Virus record (IMG/VR): IMGVR_UViG_3300017589_000061 | Coordinates: 32,001 to 96,000 of that record | Length of the DNA: 64,000 nucleotides | Strand: one strand, 5' to 3' | From: a virus | Shown: positions 1 to 10,231 of the stretch, one piece after another | Layout of the letters: each line of letters begins with the position of its first letter | Numbering within the stretch: position 1 is the stretch's first letter | Translations under genes and position numbers: made by a program | Notes under the pieces: generated by a model | The model's database searches: none | Told to the model about the DNA's origin: nothing | What the model saw: only the letters and a program-made list of their open reading frames with translations

Positions 1-28
1 CACCCCTTGTGCATTTTTTAATTTAATC

Positions 29-475
29 TTAATATTCAAGTTTTGGTAATTTCTTTGCCCACTTAGTTATTTGCTTTGCGTTATCACAAATATCTATCAA
101 TAATTCATTCATTGATTTTTTATCATCAAATCTTCTTCTTATTGAAACACTATTGTCTTTGTCGTTATATTCAAGAGTATAATCTTTTAAAGTTTTAATG
201 TTTTCTTTTATATAATCATTGATAATTTCATATCCATAAAACTTAATATAGCTTTGCACCAATCCGCAATGTCCTTCGTGAATATGACCGCTACAGCAAA
301 ATTCCGTTATATAACCTTTTTTATTTAACTCGATTATTACTGGAACAAATAATTCATCAATTTCCACCAAATCTCCACTACAATTTAATTTAGGACAATA
401 ATTCCAATCATCATAATAATCAAATTTAACCTTCTCTTTATCAAATAATTCGTAACAATTTAAACAAACCAACAT
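29..475 (-). CDS. Hypothetical Zn-binding phage protein
   Basis: 148 aa, CxxC...CPxxxC and TEFCCSGH motifs; AAGGAG RBS. Confidence 0.6.
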   Translation of the reverse strand: MLVCLNCYELFDKEKVKFDYYDDWNYCPKLNCSGDLVEIDELFVPVIIELNKKGYITEFCCSGHIHEGHCGLVQSYIKFYGYEIINDYIKENIKTLKDYTLEYNDKDNSVSIRRRFDDKKSMNELLIDICDNAKQITKWAKKLPKLEY

Positions 476-520
476 TTTATTTCTCCTTTTTTTAATTTAT
501 TTTTTCGGGCGATAAAACTC

Positions 521-751
521 CTATTCTATTCGGTTATTCAATACTTTTTCCATAGAATTATAATAATTTAATATGTATTCTATTTCTTCATCTGTTAAAC
601 AATCTTCACAAACCCATTCATCGTCCAATATCCAAACAGGTTTACTCCATCCGCATCTCCAACAAGTAGGTTTATAATCCATTTCTTTATTAACATAATC
701 AATACAGCCAACTTTTACATTTTTTCGTTCATTCCCGTATTTGTCTATCAT
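521..751 (-). CDS. Small Zn-finger hypothetical protein
   Basis: CWRC...CEDC; RBS; stop lies inside an 18-bp junction palindrome. Confidence 0.6.
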   Translation of the reverse strand: MIDKYGNERKNVKVGCIDYVNKEMDYKPTCWRCGWSKPVWILDDEWVCEDCLTDEEIEYILNYYNSMEKVLNNRIE

Positions 752-778
752 TTAATTCTCCTTAATAAATCATTCATT

Positions 779-1063
779 TTAAGTCCAATAATCATTTTGT
801 AACCAATTAAATAATTCTTCTCTGCTCATTTTCTTAACTTCTTTTGGCGAAACTAATGCAATTATTTCTTCGTCTTTCATAAATAAAGCCCTGTTTAATA
901 ATAAAATATAAGTATCAAGTTTCTTAGTATAATGCCTAGTGTTATAAAAATTAAAACTATTATCAATTTTACTTTGTACATTCAGTATCAATTTTTGATA
1001 AGGTAATAATTTAATATTATAGCTTTGCTCTATAAAATTATAAAATTCTTCATTATTTTTCAT
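779..1063 (-). CDS. Hypothetical protein
   Basis: 94 aa ORF with RBS; IKLLPYQK motif typical of phage helicase/terminase-like N-termini. Confidence 0.55.
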   Translation of the reverse strand: MKNNEEFYNFIEQSYNIKLLPYQKLILNVQSKIDNSFNFYNTRHYTKKLDTYILLLNRALFMKDEEIIALVSPKEVKKMSREELFNWLQNDYWT

Positions 1064-1156
1064 TTAATCATCATTCTCCTTTTCGCAAACAATCGGTCTT
1101 TTTTCAGAATTTACCCGTTTGTTTAGGGTAATAAAAACATAGTTTTATCTGATATT

Positions 1157-1507
1157 TCAACATTTCTTCTTCTTTTTATTACCTATCATACCACCAATTA
1201 ATTGTAATGATTTATTTTTTACCCATGAATCTTTAGGTAAATCAAAGCCTGTGATTCCCGTCCATCCTTTAAATGCTTCGGCATAACAAATTTTATTTGC
1301 TATGTCAGGATAATCATTTTGAAGTTTAGCTAACTCTTTTCCCCATAGGTCATAAATTCTATCCGTTACTAATTCTACGTCAGTATCATAATACAAATAA
1401 CTATTTATAAGTATTTGTAATCGTCTACGTTGAATTAATTCAGCTATTGGCAATTCTTCATTTGAAAATGATCCGTCATAGTTTATAAACTCTGGCTTAT
1501 ATTCCAT
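1157..1507 (-). CDS. Stand-alone NAD-dependent DNA ligase domain Ia-like protein
   Basis: SYLYYDTD...VTDRIYD...ELAKLQNDYP matches the YY..D.P.ISD..YD..L..L...YP pattern of LigA domain Ia; no ligase catalytic domain. Confidence 0.65.
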   Translation of the reverse strand: MEYKPEFINYDGSFSNEELPIAELIQRRRLQILINSYLYYDTDVELVTDRIYDLWGKELAKLQNDYPDIANKICYAEAFKGWTGITGFDLPKDSWVKNKSLQLIGGMIGNKKKKKC

Positions 1508-1516
1508 TTACTTCTC

Positions 1517-1909
1517 CTAATCCCACAAGCTATAGCAATATTTAGTAAATAATTTCATTCCTTCTTCTAAATTCCCCTGCATAAAATTATATTGATCCAA
1601 TATATTGTCAAAATTATAATTATCATCAACATAATTTTCATCTGCATTTTGGAAATAAATTAACATTTCTTTTAAAATACTTTCCCACTCTTCGCTAGTT
1701 AGTTCTGATGGATAGCTATGCCCAAGCTTAATAAAATCATTTAATATCAATACTATTTTTTCTATTATAGCATCCCCAAATCCCCAAACATCACAATCAT
1801 CATATCCTCGCCAAGCTCTCTGCCAAGCATATTTTAATTCTCGTTTTAAATCTTTTAATCTATTTATGAAACTCATACCTTCGTTTCGTTTCCAAAATCC
1901 TTTTAACAT
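1517..1909 (-). CDS. Conserved phage hypothetical protein
   Basis: 130 aa, WQRAWRGYDD..W and C-terminal LWD motif. Confidence 0.6.
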   Translation of the reverse strand: MLKGFWKRNEGMSFINRLKDLKRELKYAWQRAWRGYDDCDVWGFGDAIIEKIVLILNDFIKLGHSYPSELTSEEWESILKEMLIYFQNADENYVDDNYNFDNILDQYNFMQGNLEEGMKLFTKYCYSLWD

Positions 1910-1919
1910 TTACTCCTCC

Positions 1920-2327
1920 TTATAAAATACGATTTTTATTCGGTTCTGCCAACAACATTTTAGGTTTTTCTGTCCACCAAGTATCAGGACATACTTTAAT
2001 ATCTAAATGATAATCAATACAAAAGTATAAATCTTTTGTATATTCAAATGCTTTATTAATTACTCGACCTAAATAATACGCATAAATTTCTTGTTTCTCG
2101 GGTAATTTGCCAAACATTTCTTGATATTTTTCTAATGGTATAATTATTGATATATCAATATCTCTTGGAACTTCCTTATATAATACAGAACCAACTAAAT
2201 ATACGGGATATCCAAAACTATTAGCTACTTTTTGAGCCGATTCTCTTAATTTTAAAAATGCATTCCATTTCATAGGTTGATAATCAAAACCATGTGGTTC
2301 AGCTTTTCCTAAAATTGGTTCATTCAT
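1920..2327 (-). CDS. Minimal Pol-beta-superfamily nucleotidyltransferase
   Basis: VYLVGS...RDID (GS + DxD) and distal LD. Confidence 0.65.
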   Translation of the reverse strand: MNEPILGKAEPHGFDYQPMKWNAFLKLRESAQKVANSFGYPVYLVGSVLYKEVPRDIDISIIIPLEKYQEMFGKLPEKQEIYAYYLGRVINKAFEYTKDLYFCIDYHLDIKVCPDTWWTEKPKMLLAEPNKNRIL

Positions 2328-2682
2328 TATGTAACACTCCTTTTAATTTAATCTTTCTTTGTTCTTCTTTTAATTGATTTATTTCTTTCTGAATCTCTAT
2401 ATATTTTTGCGTTTTGCTTATCTTATATTCTATTTCTTTTTTGCTTACATTTACGACTTTTCCACCATAAACCATATTGCCTTTATATAAAACTAAACTA
2501 TATTTTAAATCTTCACTTAATATCATTAATACATTAAATGTTTTTAATTGATAATATCCGTTTTTATTTTTATAAAATTCAAAATTACCATATAAATTAT
2601 CAATACAATAAAGATATTCTTCTCTATTATGAAGATAAGATTTATAACTTGGTAATATATGAACATATCCTAAAATATCCAT
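2320..2682 (-). CDS. Hypothetical protein
   Basis: 120 aa, RBS, overlaps start of the next gene. Confidence 0.55.
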   Translation of the reverse strand: MDILGYVHILPSYKSYLHNREEYLYCIDNLYGNFEFYKNKNGYYQLKTFNVLMILSEDLKYSLVLYKGNMVYGGKVVNVSKKEIEYKISKTQKYIEIQKEINQLKEEQRKIKLKGVLHNE

Positions 2683-2724
2683 TTTTCTACATCCTTTCTT
2701 ATAAAATATGGTATTTATTGCTTT

Positions 2725-2964
2725 TCAATCTTCTATACAATAATTTTTATAATAATTTTCACCATAAAAATCATTCGTTATATTTTGAACCAATATATTA
2801 TTCCCACAAACAGGACATTTTAAATTACAAGTTTGGCTATAAATATATTCTCCTTCATATTCAGTAACCGTACAATCACTTTTAGTAAATCTTAAAACGC
2901 TATTGCATTCATTACATATTATTTTCTTTAAACTGTTATTTCCAAACTCTAAAACTTCTATCAT
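2725..2964 (-). CDS. Zn-ribbon hypothetical protein
   Basis: CNEC...CPVC; GAGGTG RBS favours the MIEV start. Confidence 0.55.
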   Translation of the reverse strand: MIEVLEFGNNSLKKIICNECNSVLRFTKSDCTVTEYEGEYIYSQTCNLKCPVCGNNILVQNITNDFYGENYYKNYCIED

Positions 2965-2987
2965 TTGCTCACCACCTCTCACCCACG

Positions 2988-3305
2988 CCTTACCCTACTA
3001 AGTAAGCTTTTTATGTCATTAAACAGAGCTAAAAAGCACGAAGGGTAGTTGGTTGATTAATTGTTCACCCAAGAAATAACTTTTGTTTTAACCCCTGTTT
3101 TAATGCTTATTTTTTTAGTTTAATTTTTAATATAATCTATTAAACTTATTGCTATAAAAATTAACTTACCTCCCCATCATGAGTACCCCCTAAGTAAGCT
3201 TTTTAACCCCTTATTTAGAGCTAAAACTAACGAAGTATAGCTGGTGGACTTATTACTCATTTAGAAATTAACTTTCGTTTAAAAGTTGTATAAGGGTTAT
3301 TTTTA
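2988..3305. repeat. Two imperfect ~125-bp direct repeats
   Basis: taccc..taagtaagcttttta...agagctaaaa..acgaag..tag.tggt.ga.t.att..tca...agaaat.aacttt.gttt.a begins at ~2991 and again at ~3185. Confidence 0.7.
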
Positions 3306-3734
3306 TTAATAGGTATTTTTAATCCATTCACATTCAAATTCTGTTTTAAATTCCTTAACATCTTCATCACCTTTATACCTTGTAAACCCAACAACAGAAA
3401 TTGAATATTTCTCGCATAACTCTAATATCTTCATAGTTTCATCTTCATCTATTCTTACTTCGTCAAACAAAATTACTTTCTTGTCTCTGTTTATTCCTCG
3501 TAAATTGTTATACGACTGAATAAATTTTTCAGCAAAGTATTCTATATTTTGATATGACGTAAAAACATAGACCGTATAATCTAACGCCTGTAAAGTTAAG
3601 GCAAGTTCATTTATTAGATAAGTTTTACCTATTCGTCTTATTCTCCCGTTTATAAATCGTATTCCATTTCTATGTATAGCTTCTTCAAATTCATCAAATC
3701 TTTCTTGTTGCCATTTTGTTAAAATTTCAATCAT
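3306..3734 (-). CDS. Small P-loop NTPase-like protein
   Basis: GRIRRIGKT Walker A, ILFDE Walker B. Confidence 0.55.
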   Translation of the reverse strand: MIEILTKWQQERFDEFEEAIHRNGIRFINGRIRRIGKTYLINELALTLQALDYTVYVFTSYQNIEYFAEKFIQSYNNLRGINRDKKVILFDEVRIDEDETMKILELCEKYSISVVGFTRYKGDEDVKEFKTEFECEWIKNTY

Positions 3735-3738
3735 CTCC

Positions 3739-4470
3739 TTATTTAAAATAACATTTTGTTATAGCCACTACATTCTTCCACCAATCGGCAAATGTTTTTT
3801 TAATTTCACTTTCATATGTATATTCAAATACAATTGAACTACCATCAGCCTTTAAATAATCTGTAAACCCAAATAAATTAAATTCACCATTCACAATGAA
3901 CTGTTCTGGAACTACTATTCGCAATCTTTTATCTATTTCACTCACCTCCAACCCGATAAAATTATGGTTTTAACTGATTAAAGTTCTGTCACAGCATCAA
4001 TTTCAAATGATACTTGAACTACTACTCTTGCACTTTTGTTAATTTCATTACCATTATAATTAACGTTAAATTTTTGCCCAGTGAAGTATAACATTTTATT
4101 AGCTATCACATCAGGAAAAGTTTCTATTTCGTCAACTAATATTAAATCATCATTATTATTAATAATAAAAAATTTTTCATCTGATTTCAAATTCATTTTT
4201 TCTCCTTTTAATATAATTTATTAACAATTTTTAATTACTTTTATTTTTTTATCTGTATTTACTTGTATCAAAATATGGTTTACTATTAATCATTTTAACT
4301 TCTACAAATTGATTAATCTCATTATTGAGCTTATCGTATAATACTTCAGCAACAAATTCACTCATTATTGATAAAAACTTTTTATGAAACCATTTAATTT
4401 TAGTAATTTTATAGATTTTAAAAAATTTATTTGCTTTATCTAATTGTTTCTCTTGTTTTTCTTTGTCCAA
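3739..4470 (-). CDS. Three small hypothetical ORFs (3739-3951, 3978-4196, 4249-4470)
   Basis: ORF track; co-oriented with the leftward operon. Confidence 0.45.
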
Positions 4471-4520
4471 TATATATATTTTCCTTTCATATAAAATTGT
4501 GTTTTTATTGTTTTTTTAAT

Positions 4521-5084
4521 TTAATTTTCACCATAATTTTGTTCTAAATTAGTAATAAATTTAATTAGCTCTTTTTCATTTTCAATTGCGTAGAACTTAT
4601 CTACAACACCAATACCATTCATCCATTCGTCTACCTTTTTAATACATCTATCTGGATTCCAATAATATGTTGGGAAATCTCCATACATTGTTGATTTTGC
4701 AGTTCCATCCAATATACAACTTCTCAAAGGCTCTGTTTTACTTTGTTTTGCTTTTGCAATTCCAGCAAGTCTTAATAATTTTCCCATAGTTTTAGCCCCA
4801 ATAGATATTTGATAACACTGACCTAAATCACTAAGACTTATATATCCATATTTATGTTCTTCTGCTCGGTGTCTTTTAATTTCTAATTCTCTTAAAGTTT
4901 CATTTTCAGATTTCATTATTTCTACTTCTTTTTTAGTTGTTTCTTGTTCCTCTTTTAATTCATTTAAATCTTTTCTAATTAATATGTATTGTTGTTGCAT
5001 AAATTGGTTTATAATTAACTGTAAGTCATCGTAGTCCATATTTTCAATATTAAAATTATTACTTATACTTGTTAATTCGTTCAT
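4521..5084 (-). CDS. Coiled-coil + putative DNA-binding (antirepressor-like) protein
   Basis: N-terminal coiled coil, SLSDLG...IGAKTMGKLL helix-turn-helix-like segment; coupled to the ParB-domain gene. Confidence 0.45.
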   Translation of the reverse strand: MNELTSISNNFNIENMDYDDLQLIINQFMQQQYILIRKDLNELKEEQETTKKEVEIMKSENETLRELEIKRHRAEEHKYGYISLSDLGQCYQISIGAKTMGKLLRLAGIAKAKQSKTEPLRSCILDGTAKSTMYGDFPTYYWNPDRCIKKVDEWMNGIGVVDKFYAIENEKELIKFITNLEQNYGEN

Positions 5085-6127
5085 TATTCTATAACCTCCA
5101 CATCTATTATTTCTATTTCATTATCTTTTTTTATATAGTTATTCATTTCGTCTATCCAATTTTGAAATGTATCTAAAATATCTTTTAAATTTCTTTTTAC
5201 TATTTCATCTTCTGAAGCTTCTTGAATTGCTCTTGAATATTTAATAGGTGCAAATTTTCCGTCAAAATAATGCTTAACCTCTACAACTAATCCAGAAAGT
5301 TCTGTTGCTGAATGCATTTGCCTACTCATATTATCTTTCTGTTGAGATAGAGTTTTAATTTGTGATGTTAATTCTTCATATCTTTTAGCATTTTTATCAT
5401 TTAATTCTGCTTTTCTAATAAGTAATTCTTTTTCTTTTATTAAATCGTTTATTTGTGATTGTTTTTCTTCTACTTTACGTTTGTCAGAATAATAATCACT
5501 TGGGACTTTTTCAATTACTGTTGGTGGCTGATTTTTTAATTGTTGATTTTCTTTTTCTAAAGCTTTTTTTTCTTCCATTAAAGTTATATAAGCTTTATTT
5601 GTTGAAATATTACCTTTATCCCACGCATTGAGAATTTCTTCATTTGCATTATCTACTATGTATTTTTCTTTTTCATATTGCTTACCAGAGCCAATTCCAA
5701 GTTTTTGAGCAACTATATCTCTTGTGTTACCCGTTTCTGCTTGTGGAAAATTTTCCGTAAGCAAAGATTTTCCGTTTAATTCAGATTGTCTTTCATTTGC
5801 CTTAACCTTTTCAATTCTTTCTAACCTTCTGGCATAATCAATTCTTTCTTTTTTGCTAAAATCTTTTCTAGTTTCATTTTCCGATATTTCTAAATTTAAT
5901 TGGTGTTCTGCATCTTTTACACTCATTACCCTTACTTCAATTTGTTTATAATCTAATAATTGTAAAGCCTTTAATCTTCTTTCCCCTGCAATTAGTTCTA
6001 ATTCAGGTGTTACTACTGGTGGATTAATTAAACCATTTTCTTTTATATCATCTGCAAGTTCTTGTATATCACCAAAATCTTTTCTTATTCTGTCTCCTGT
6101 TGTTATTTTGCTAATTTCTATTAACAT
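5084..6127 (-). CDS. ParB/Srx N-terminal domain protein with HTH and coiled coil
   Basis: RIRKDFGDIQELADDIKENGLINP, LIAGERRLKA (GxRR), ENETRKDF, TRDIVAQKLGIGSG. Confidence 0.85.
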   Translation of the reverse strand: MLIEISKITTGDRIRKDFGDIQELADDIKENGLINPPVVTPELELIAGERRLKALQLLDYKQIEVRVMSVKDAEHQLNLEISENETRKDFSKKERIDYARRLERIEKVKANERQSELNGKSLLTENFPQAETGNTRDIVAQKLGIGSGKQYEKEKYIVDNANEEILNAWDKGNISTNKAYITLMEEKKALEKENQQLKNQPPTVIEKVPSDYYSDKRKVEEKQSQINDLIKEKELLIRKAELNDKNAKRYEELTSQIKTLSQQKDNMSRQMHSATELSGLVVEVKHYFDGKFAPIKYSRAIQEASEDEIVKRNLKDILDTFQNWIDEMNNYIKKDNEIEIIDVEVIE

Positions 6128-6151
6128 TAATTTCTCCTTTTTAATTTAATC

Positions 6152-6352
6152 TTAAAATTTACCTTTAATATAATCATTATAAATCTTTGTGTTTTCTTTT
6201 AATATTTCTATGTATATTTCTTCTGGATTACGAAACCAATCGTCTTTCATATATGTATCATCTATAATATCATCTGGATTTTCTTCAAATATCATTTCAT
6301 CACTATATACTAGATTGCCTTCATCATCTCTGTAAGATGATCGACTTTTCAT
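6152..6352 (-). CDS. Hypothetical acidic protein
   Basis: 66 aa, AAGGAG RBS. Confidence 0.5.
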   Translation of the reverse strand: MKSRSSYRDDEGNLVYSDEMIFEENPDDIIDDTYMKDDWFRNPEEIYIEILKENTKIYNDYIKGKF

Positions 6353-6442
6353 AACTTCTCCTTTCTTTTTTAATTTAATTTTAGAGTCGCAATTGTACTA
6401 CCTACTTATTGATGTTCAGTGTATTGCCTAACTCATATTTAA

Positions 6443-6471
6443 AGTATACCATAATGAAAATAGCTTGTCAA
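6443..6471 (-). promoter_or_regulatory. SigA promoter of leftward operon
   Basis: Minus strand TTGACA-17-TATACT. Confidence 0.75.
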
Positions 6472-6539
6472 GTCTTTTTTTAATTTAATTTATAAATATT
6501 TTAACTTGTTTCTTTACCTTATAAAATGTAATATATTAT

Positions 6540-7010
6540 AATAAAACACAGCATCATCTTTATATTTTCTTATCTACTATATTTCTATAATATTATTCAA
6601 TATCTTATTTATTATATATTATTTATATTATCCATAATAGAATCTATAGTGCTATATAGAATATTATCTAGTTTATTATGTATTTTGTTATATATTTTAC
6701 TATAATATTTATTATGCTATTTATTATCTATATTCTTATCTATTATATTATCCATATTCTTTTATATATTATTTTATATATTATTTTTATTTTGTTTTTA
6801 TTATGTATTTTATAATGATTTTAATGTATATAATATTATCTATCTTGTTTTTATATTGATTTTATTTTATATATTATTATATAATTTATTTTATATTCAA
6901 TTATAGTGTTTATTATCTTTTCTATATTATAATTTACTATCTAATATATTATATATCTTATATTGTTTTTATTTTAGAAAATAAATTTATTTTATTATAC
7001 ATAATATATT
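6540..7010. repeat. AT-rich degenerate TATTAT/TATCT repeat tract, candidate centromere (parC)
   Basis: ~470 bp low-complexity tract directly upstream of parA. Confidence 0.45.
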
Positions 7011-7069
7011 GCATTTTAGAATATGCTATAGTATAATGTAGTTAATAAGATATAAAGGAGAATAATTAT

Positions 7070-7918
7070 ATGAAAATAGTAGCTATTACAGCTTTAAAAG
7101 GTGGAACTGGCAAAAGCGTAATTACTTTTAATATAGCCGCATTATTGGCTCAAAAATTTAAACGTAAAATTTTAATATTGGATTTGGATCCTCAGCACAA
7201 TATGAGTAATTTGTTATATAAGACAGCCATCAGAAGTATTAAATCAACTCCACCTACATCAAAAAGGCGACAAGATGAATTAGCCATGAGTACCAAAGAA
7301 TATACTACAGAAGATATATTTGACCACAGTTTAGATGCATCTCAAGTAATACACAAAACACATATACCTCGATTAGACATTGTACCAACAACTATTTCAA
7401 TGACAGCTGTTGAACTTCAATTAACAGGAATGGCAGGTAGAGAATTAGTTTTAAAAAATTGGATTGAAGATAATAGATTATATTTAGAACAATATGATTA
7501 TATATTCTTTGACTGTAATCCTACCATGTCCATAGTAAATATAAATGCTTATATAGTTTGTGATAGTGTTATTTTGATAAGTGACATTGACATTGATGGA
7601 ATTGAAGCTGTGGGAACTTTTCTTGAATTATATTATCCAATTCAGAGCCGAATTGACAGAAAAGCAGTTGATAATATTAAAGGATTGATAATTAATAAAA
7701 GAGATGATACCACTAAGATAACAAAAGATTTTATAGATTATGTTTATTCAGATAAGTTTGCATTTGATGATATACTTTTGAAAAATAATATTCATAAATC
7801 TACTGCTATCAGCGAAACTAAAGTTCATAGAGAACCAATCAATTCCAGACGAGATGAAAGAAGTTATAATGAATTAATGGATATTATTAACGAATTAACA
7901 GAAAGGGGTATTTTATAA
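7070..7918 (+). CDS. parA: ParA/Soj family partition ATPase
   Basis: KGGTGKS deviant Walker A, LDLDPQHN, YDYIFFDCNP. Confidence 0.92.
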   Translation: MKIVAITALKGGTGKSVITFNIAALLAQKFKRKILILDLDPQHNMSNLLYKTAIRSIKSTPPTSKRRQDELAMSTKEYTTEDIFDHSLDASQVIHKTHIPRLDIVPTTISMTAVELQLTGMAGRELVLKNWIEDNRLYLEQYDYIFFDCNPTMSIVNINAYIVCDSVILISDIDIDGIEAVGTFLELYYPIQSRIDRKAVDNIKGLIINKRDDTTKITKDFIDYVYSDKFAFDDILLKNNIHKSTAISETKVHREPINSRRDERSYNELMDIINELTERGIL

Positions 7919-8373
7919 TGGAAAATATGTTTGAAGTGCGTAAAAATGAAAGTAGACGAAAACAATTTGTCGAAGAAAATTTAGATGTAGCCGATAAAAT
8001 TATAAATACCAATCCTTCTATTAAAACGTTTAAAACCGAAGAAAATTTAGCAGAGAAAAAAAATAATATAGAACAATCTGCTGAACAAATTATAACAGAA
8101 AATCAAGAAGAAACATTACCAAAAGATAATACAAATTCATTAATATCAATGCTTTTAGATGAAGATGGAAGAACAAAAGACTCCTTTACTTATTATTTGG
8201 ATAAGTCAATAAATGCTTTAGCAGAATTAATTGTAAGTGGTAATAGTCGCAAAAAATCCAAATTAATAAACTTATTACTCAAATCGGCTATATTATCAAG
8301 TGATGATATTAAACAAATGGCTACCACAAATAAGGATATACAGAAATGTTTGGACAAAATAAAAGAAAATTAA
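7918..8373 (+). CDS. Putative type Ib centromere-binding partner (RHH-like C-terminus)
   Basis: Translationally coupled to parA; disordered N-terminus; SFTYYLD...KSKLINLLL. Confidence 0.55.
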   Translation: MENMFEVRKNESRRKQFVEENLDVADKIINTNPSIKTFKTEENLAEKKNNIEQSAEQIITENQEETLPKDNTNSLISMLLDEDGRTKDSFTYYLDKSINALAELIVSGNSRKKSKLINLLLKSAILSSDDIKQMATTNKDIQKCLDKIKEN

Positions 8374-8440
8374 TTTGATTTTTCTCCAAAGTATGTTATT
8401 CTATATGTTAAAGAATAATAACTTTGGAGGATTTGTTTTT

Positions 8441-9196
8441 ATGAAACTAAAGATTAAAAATCTCAATAAGTTAATAGATAAGCTTTCTGGTAGAGAAATT
8501 GACCTTTATTTATATCTTATAAAAAGGCAAAATACTTTGGGACAAGTTGATGCAATAAGGTATAAAGATGTTATGTTAGATTTACATATGCCCAAATCAA
8601 CTTTTTACAAAGCTTTGTATGAGTTAGAAGAAAATGAGTTTATTTGCATTAACTGGGGATCACGTCAAGGATCATTTGATATCACTGTACTTGATAATAT
8701 TTTTACATCTAAAGATAATTATAACGAAGGATATTTAAATCTAAATCTTGATTTAATATTAAGCCCACTGTTTATTCGACTTCATGTTAATCTTAAAAAA
8801 TTATTATTAAGATTATTAGGACAACAAGCAGGAGATAAGAATATTAAAGTTTCAAAAGAAACATTGAAAAAATTTAGAATGTATTATCTTTTTGATGATC
8901 TTAAAGCTTTATTTAATATACGTGCGTACTCAGAAGATACTTATCTTTTTACATTAAGAAAAGAACTGCGAACAAAGAGCCATAATGTTGACTTCCTACA
9001 ATATCAACATAAATTAATCAATTACTGTAAACAATATAAAATAAGTTACACACTTGAAGATTTAATAGATTCAGTTAAAGTTATTATGAATAATAGAAAA
9101 AAAATGTCCAAAGTGCAAAAAGCATTAGATAAGATACGAAATGAAATACATATGCTACAACCTAAATTAATAAATTATTCTTGTACAAATTTTTAA
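8441..9196 (+). CDS. Putative plasmid replication initiator (winged helix)
   Basis: LYLYL...KSTFYKALYELEENEFI wHTH; GGAGG RBS before ATG 8441; iterons immediately downstream. Confidence 0.6.
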   Translation: MKLKIKNLNKLIDKLSGREIDLYLYLIKRQNTLGQVDAIRYKDVMLDLHMPKSTFYKALYELEENEFICINWGSRQGSFDITVLDNIFTSKDNYNEGYLNLNLDLILSPLFIRLHVNLKKLLLRLLGQQAGDKNIKVSKETLKKFRMYYLFDDLKALFNIRAYSEDTYLFTLRKELRTKSHNVDFLQYQHKLINYCKQYKISYTLEDLIDSVKVIMNNRKKMSKVQKALDKIRNEIHMLQPKLINYSCTNF

Positions 9197-9263
9197 TTAC
9201 TTCTTAGAAAATTACTACTCTTAGAAGTTTTTGTTGTGTAATTAAATAATTTCAAAATATCAT

Positions 9264-9288
9264 GGCAATGAAAATTGTCTTTTTTTAT
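9264..9288 (+). terminator. Intrinsic terminator after rep
   Basis: ggcaat-gaaa-attgtc followed by T8. Confidence 0.55.
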
Positions 9289-9340
9289 GTCCAGATTTAA
9301 TTTACAAAAGTTAATTTTGTTCAAAATGTTTTATAAAACA

Positions 9341-9450
9341 TGACTTGTCCACAGTATTTTAACTTTTTGAACCTGTGGATTGTCCAATAAAGTTATACAC
9401 AATCATGTGGATTGTCCAATTAATGAAAAAATAGCCTGTGGATTGTCCAA
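9341..9450 (+). repeat. Iteron array with DnaA boxes, putative oriV
   Basis: TGTGGATTGTCCAA at 9374, 9406, 9437; TTGTCCACA at 9345; TTATACACA at 9393. Confidence 0.75.
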
Positions 9451-9590
9451 CGGCATGACCAACTAATATTTATACTGCAACATTTTCGTTGAGCTATATC
9501 TTTTTATTTGTTTTAATCTTCTTATCTTTTTCTATTCTTTTATATTTGTCCGACTGGAGAAAATAATTTAATTATTTTTTAATATAATCC

Positions 9591-9619
9591 TTGACAAGTA
9601 TATTTGGCTGTGTTATACT
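9591..9619 (+). promoter_or_regulatory. SigA promoter
   Basis: TTGACA-17-TATACT with extended TG. Confidence 0.75.
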
Positions 9620-9707
9620 ATTTATATATGGCTAGGAGGCGATGTAATTTGATTGTGTATGAATTAAATTAAAAAAAATATTACTAAATAATAGGAGATG
9701 ATTAATA

Positions 9708-10028
9708 ATGAGTAAGATTGAAGTAAAAACTTATAAAGAAGTATTTGAAGTTATTTTAGGAATTAAATTTGATGAAAAACTTCAAAAGTGTGTTAAGTAT
9801 TTAGAAACTGAAGATTATGATGAAAGAAGTATTGTTTATGCAATATATACATCTCAAGACAAATTATCAATATACATAGGTGATCCGAGATTTTTTAGTA
9901 TTTTACAGAACGAAGTACGTAAAATTGCCCACACAAAAACATATTGGAGAGAATATTGGGCGAAAAAAGATGCTAAAAAGAAAAGTGATACTACTAAAAA
10001 GAAACAACCCACCCAAACTAAAAAATAG
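9708..10028 (+). CDS. Hypothetical basic protein
   Basis: 106 aa, AGGAG RBS. Confidence 0.55.
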   Translation: MSKIEVKTYKEVFEVILGIKFDEKLQKCVKYLETEDYDERSIVYAIYTSQDKLSIYIGDPRFFSILQNEVRKIAHTKTYWREYWAKKDAKKKSDTTKKKQPTQTKK

Positions 10029-10039
10029 GGGATGACAAT

Positions 10040-10225
10040 GTGAATTTAATATATATCTACGATTTAAAACAAGCCACTTGGATGGCTAATAACGGTGCAG
10101 AAATTTATAGAATTGGTAAAGGTGGAAAAGGCGATATATTAATTACCTTTGAGAAAACAGAAAAAACAAATAAGTTGATGAAATATTGGCAAGAAAATGA
10201 TAACTTAATGAAAGGAATAAATTAA
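10040..10225 (+). CDS. Small hypothetical protein
   Basis: 61 aa, IYDLKQA..F..W pattern common in clostridial phages. Confidence 0.5.
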   Translation: MNLIYIYDLKQATWMANNGAEIYRIGKGGKGDILITFEKTEKTNKLMKYWQENDNLMKGIN

Positions 10226-10231
10226 ATTAAA

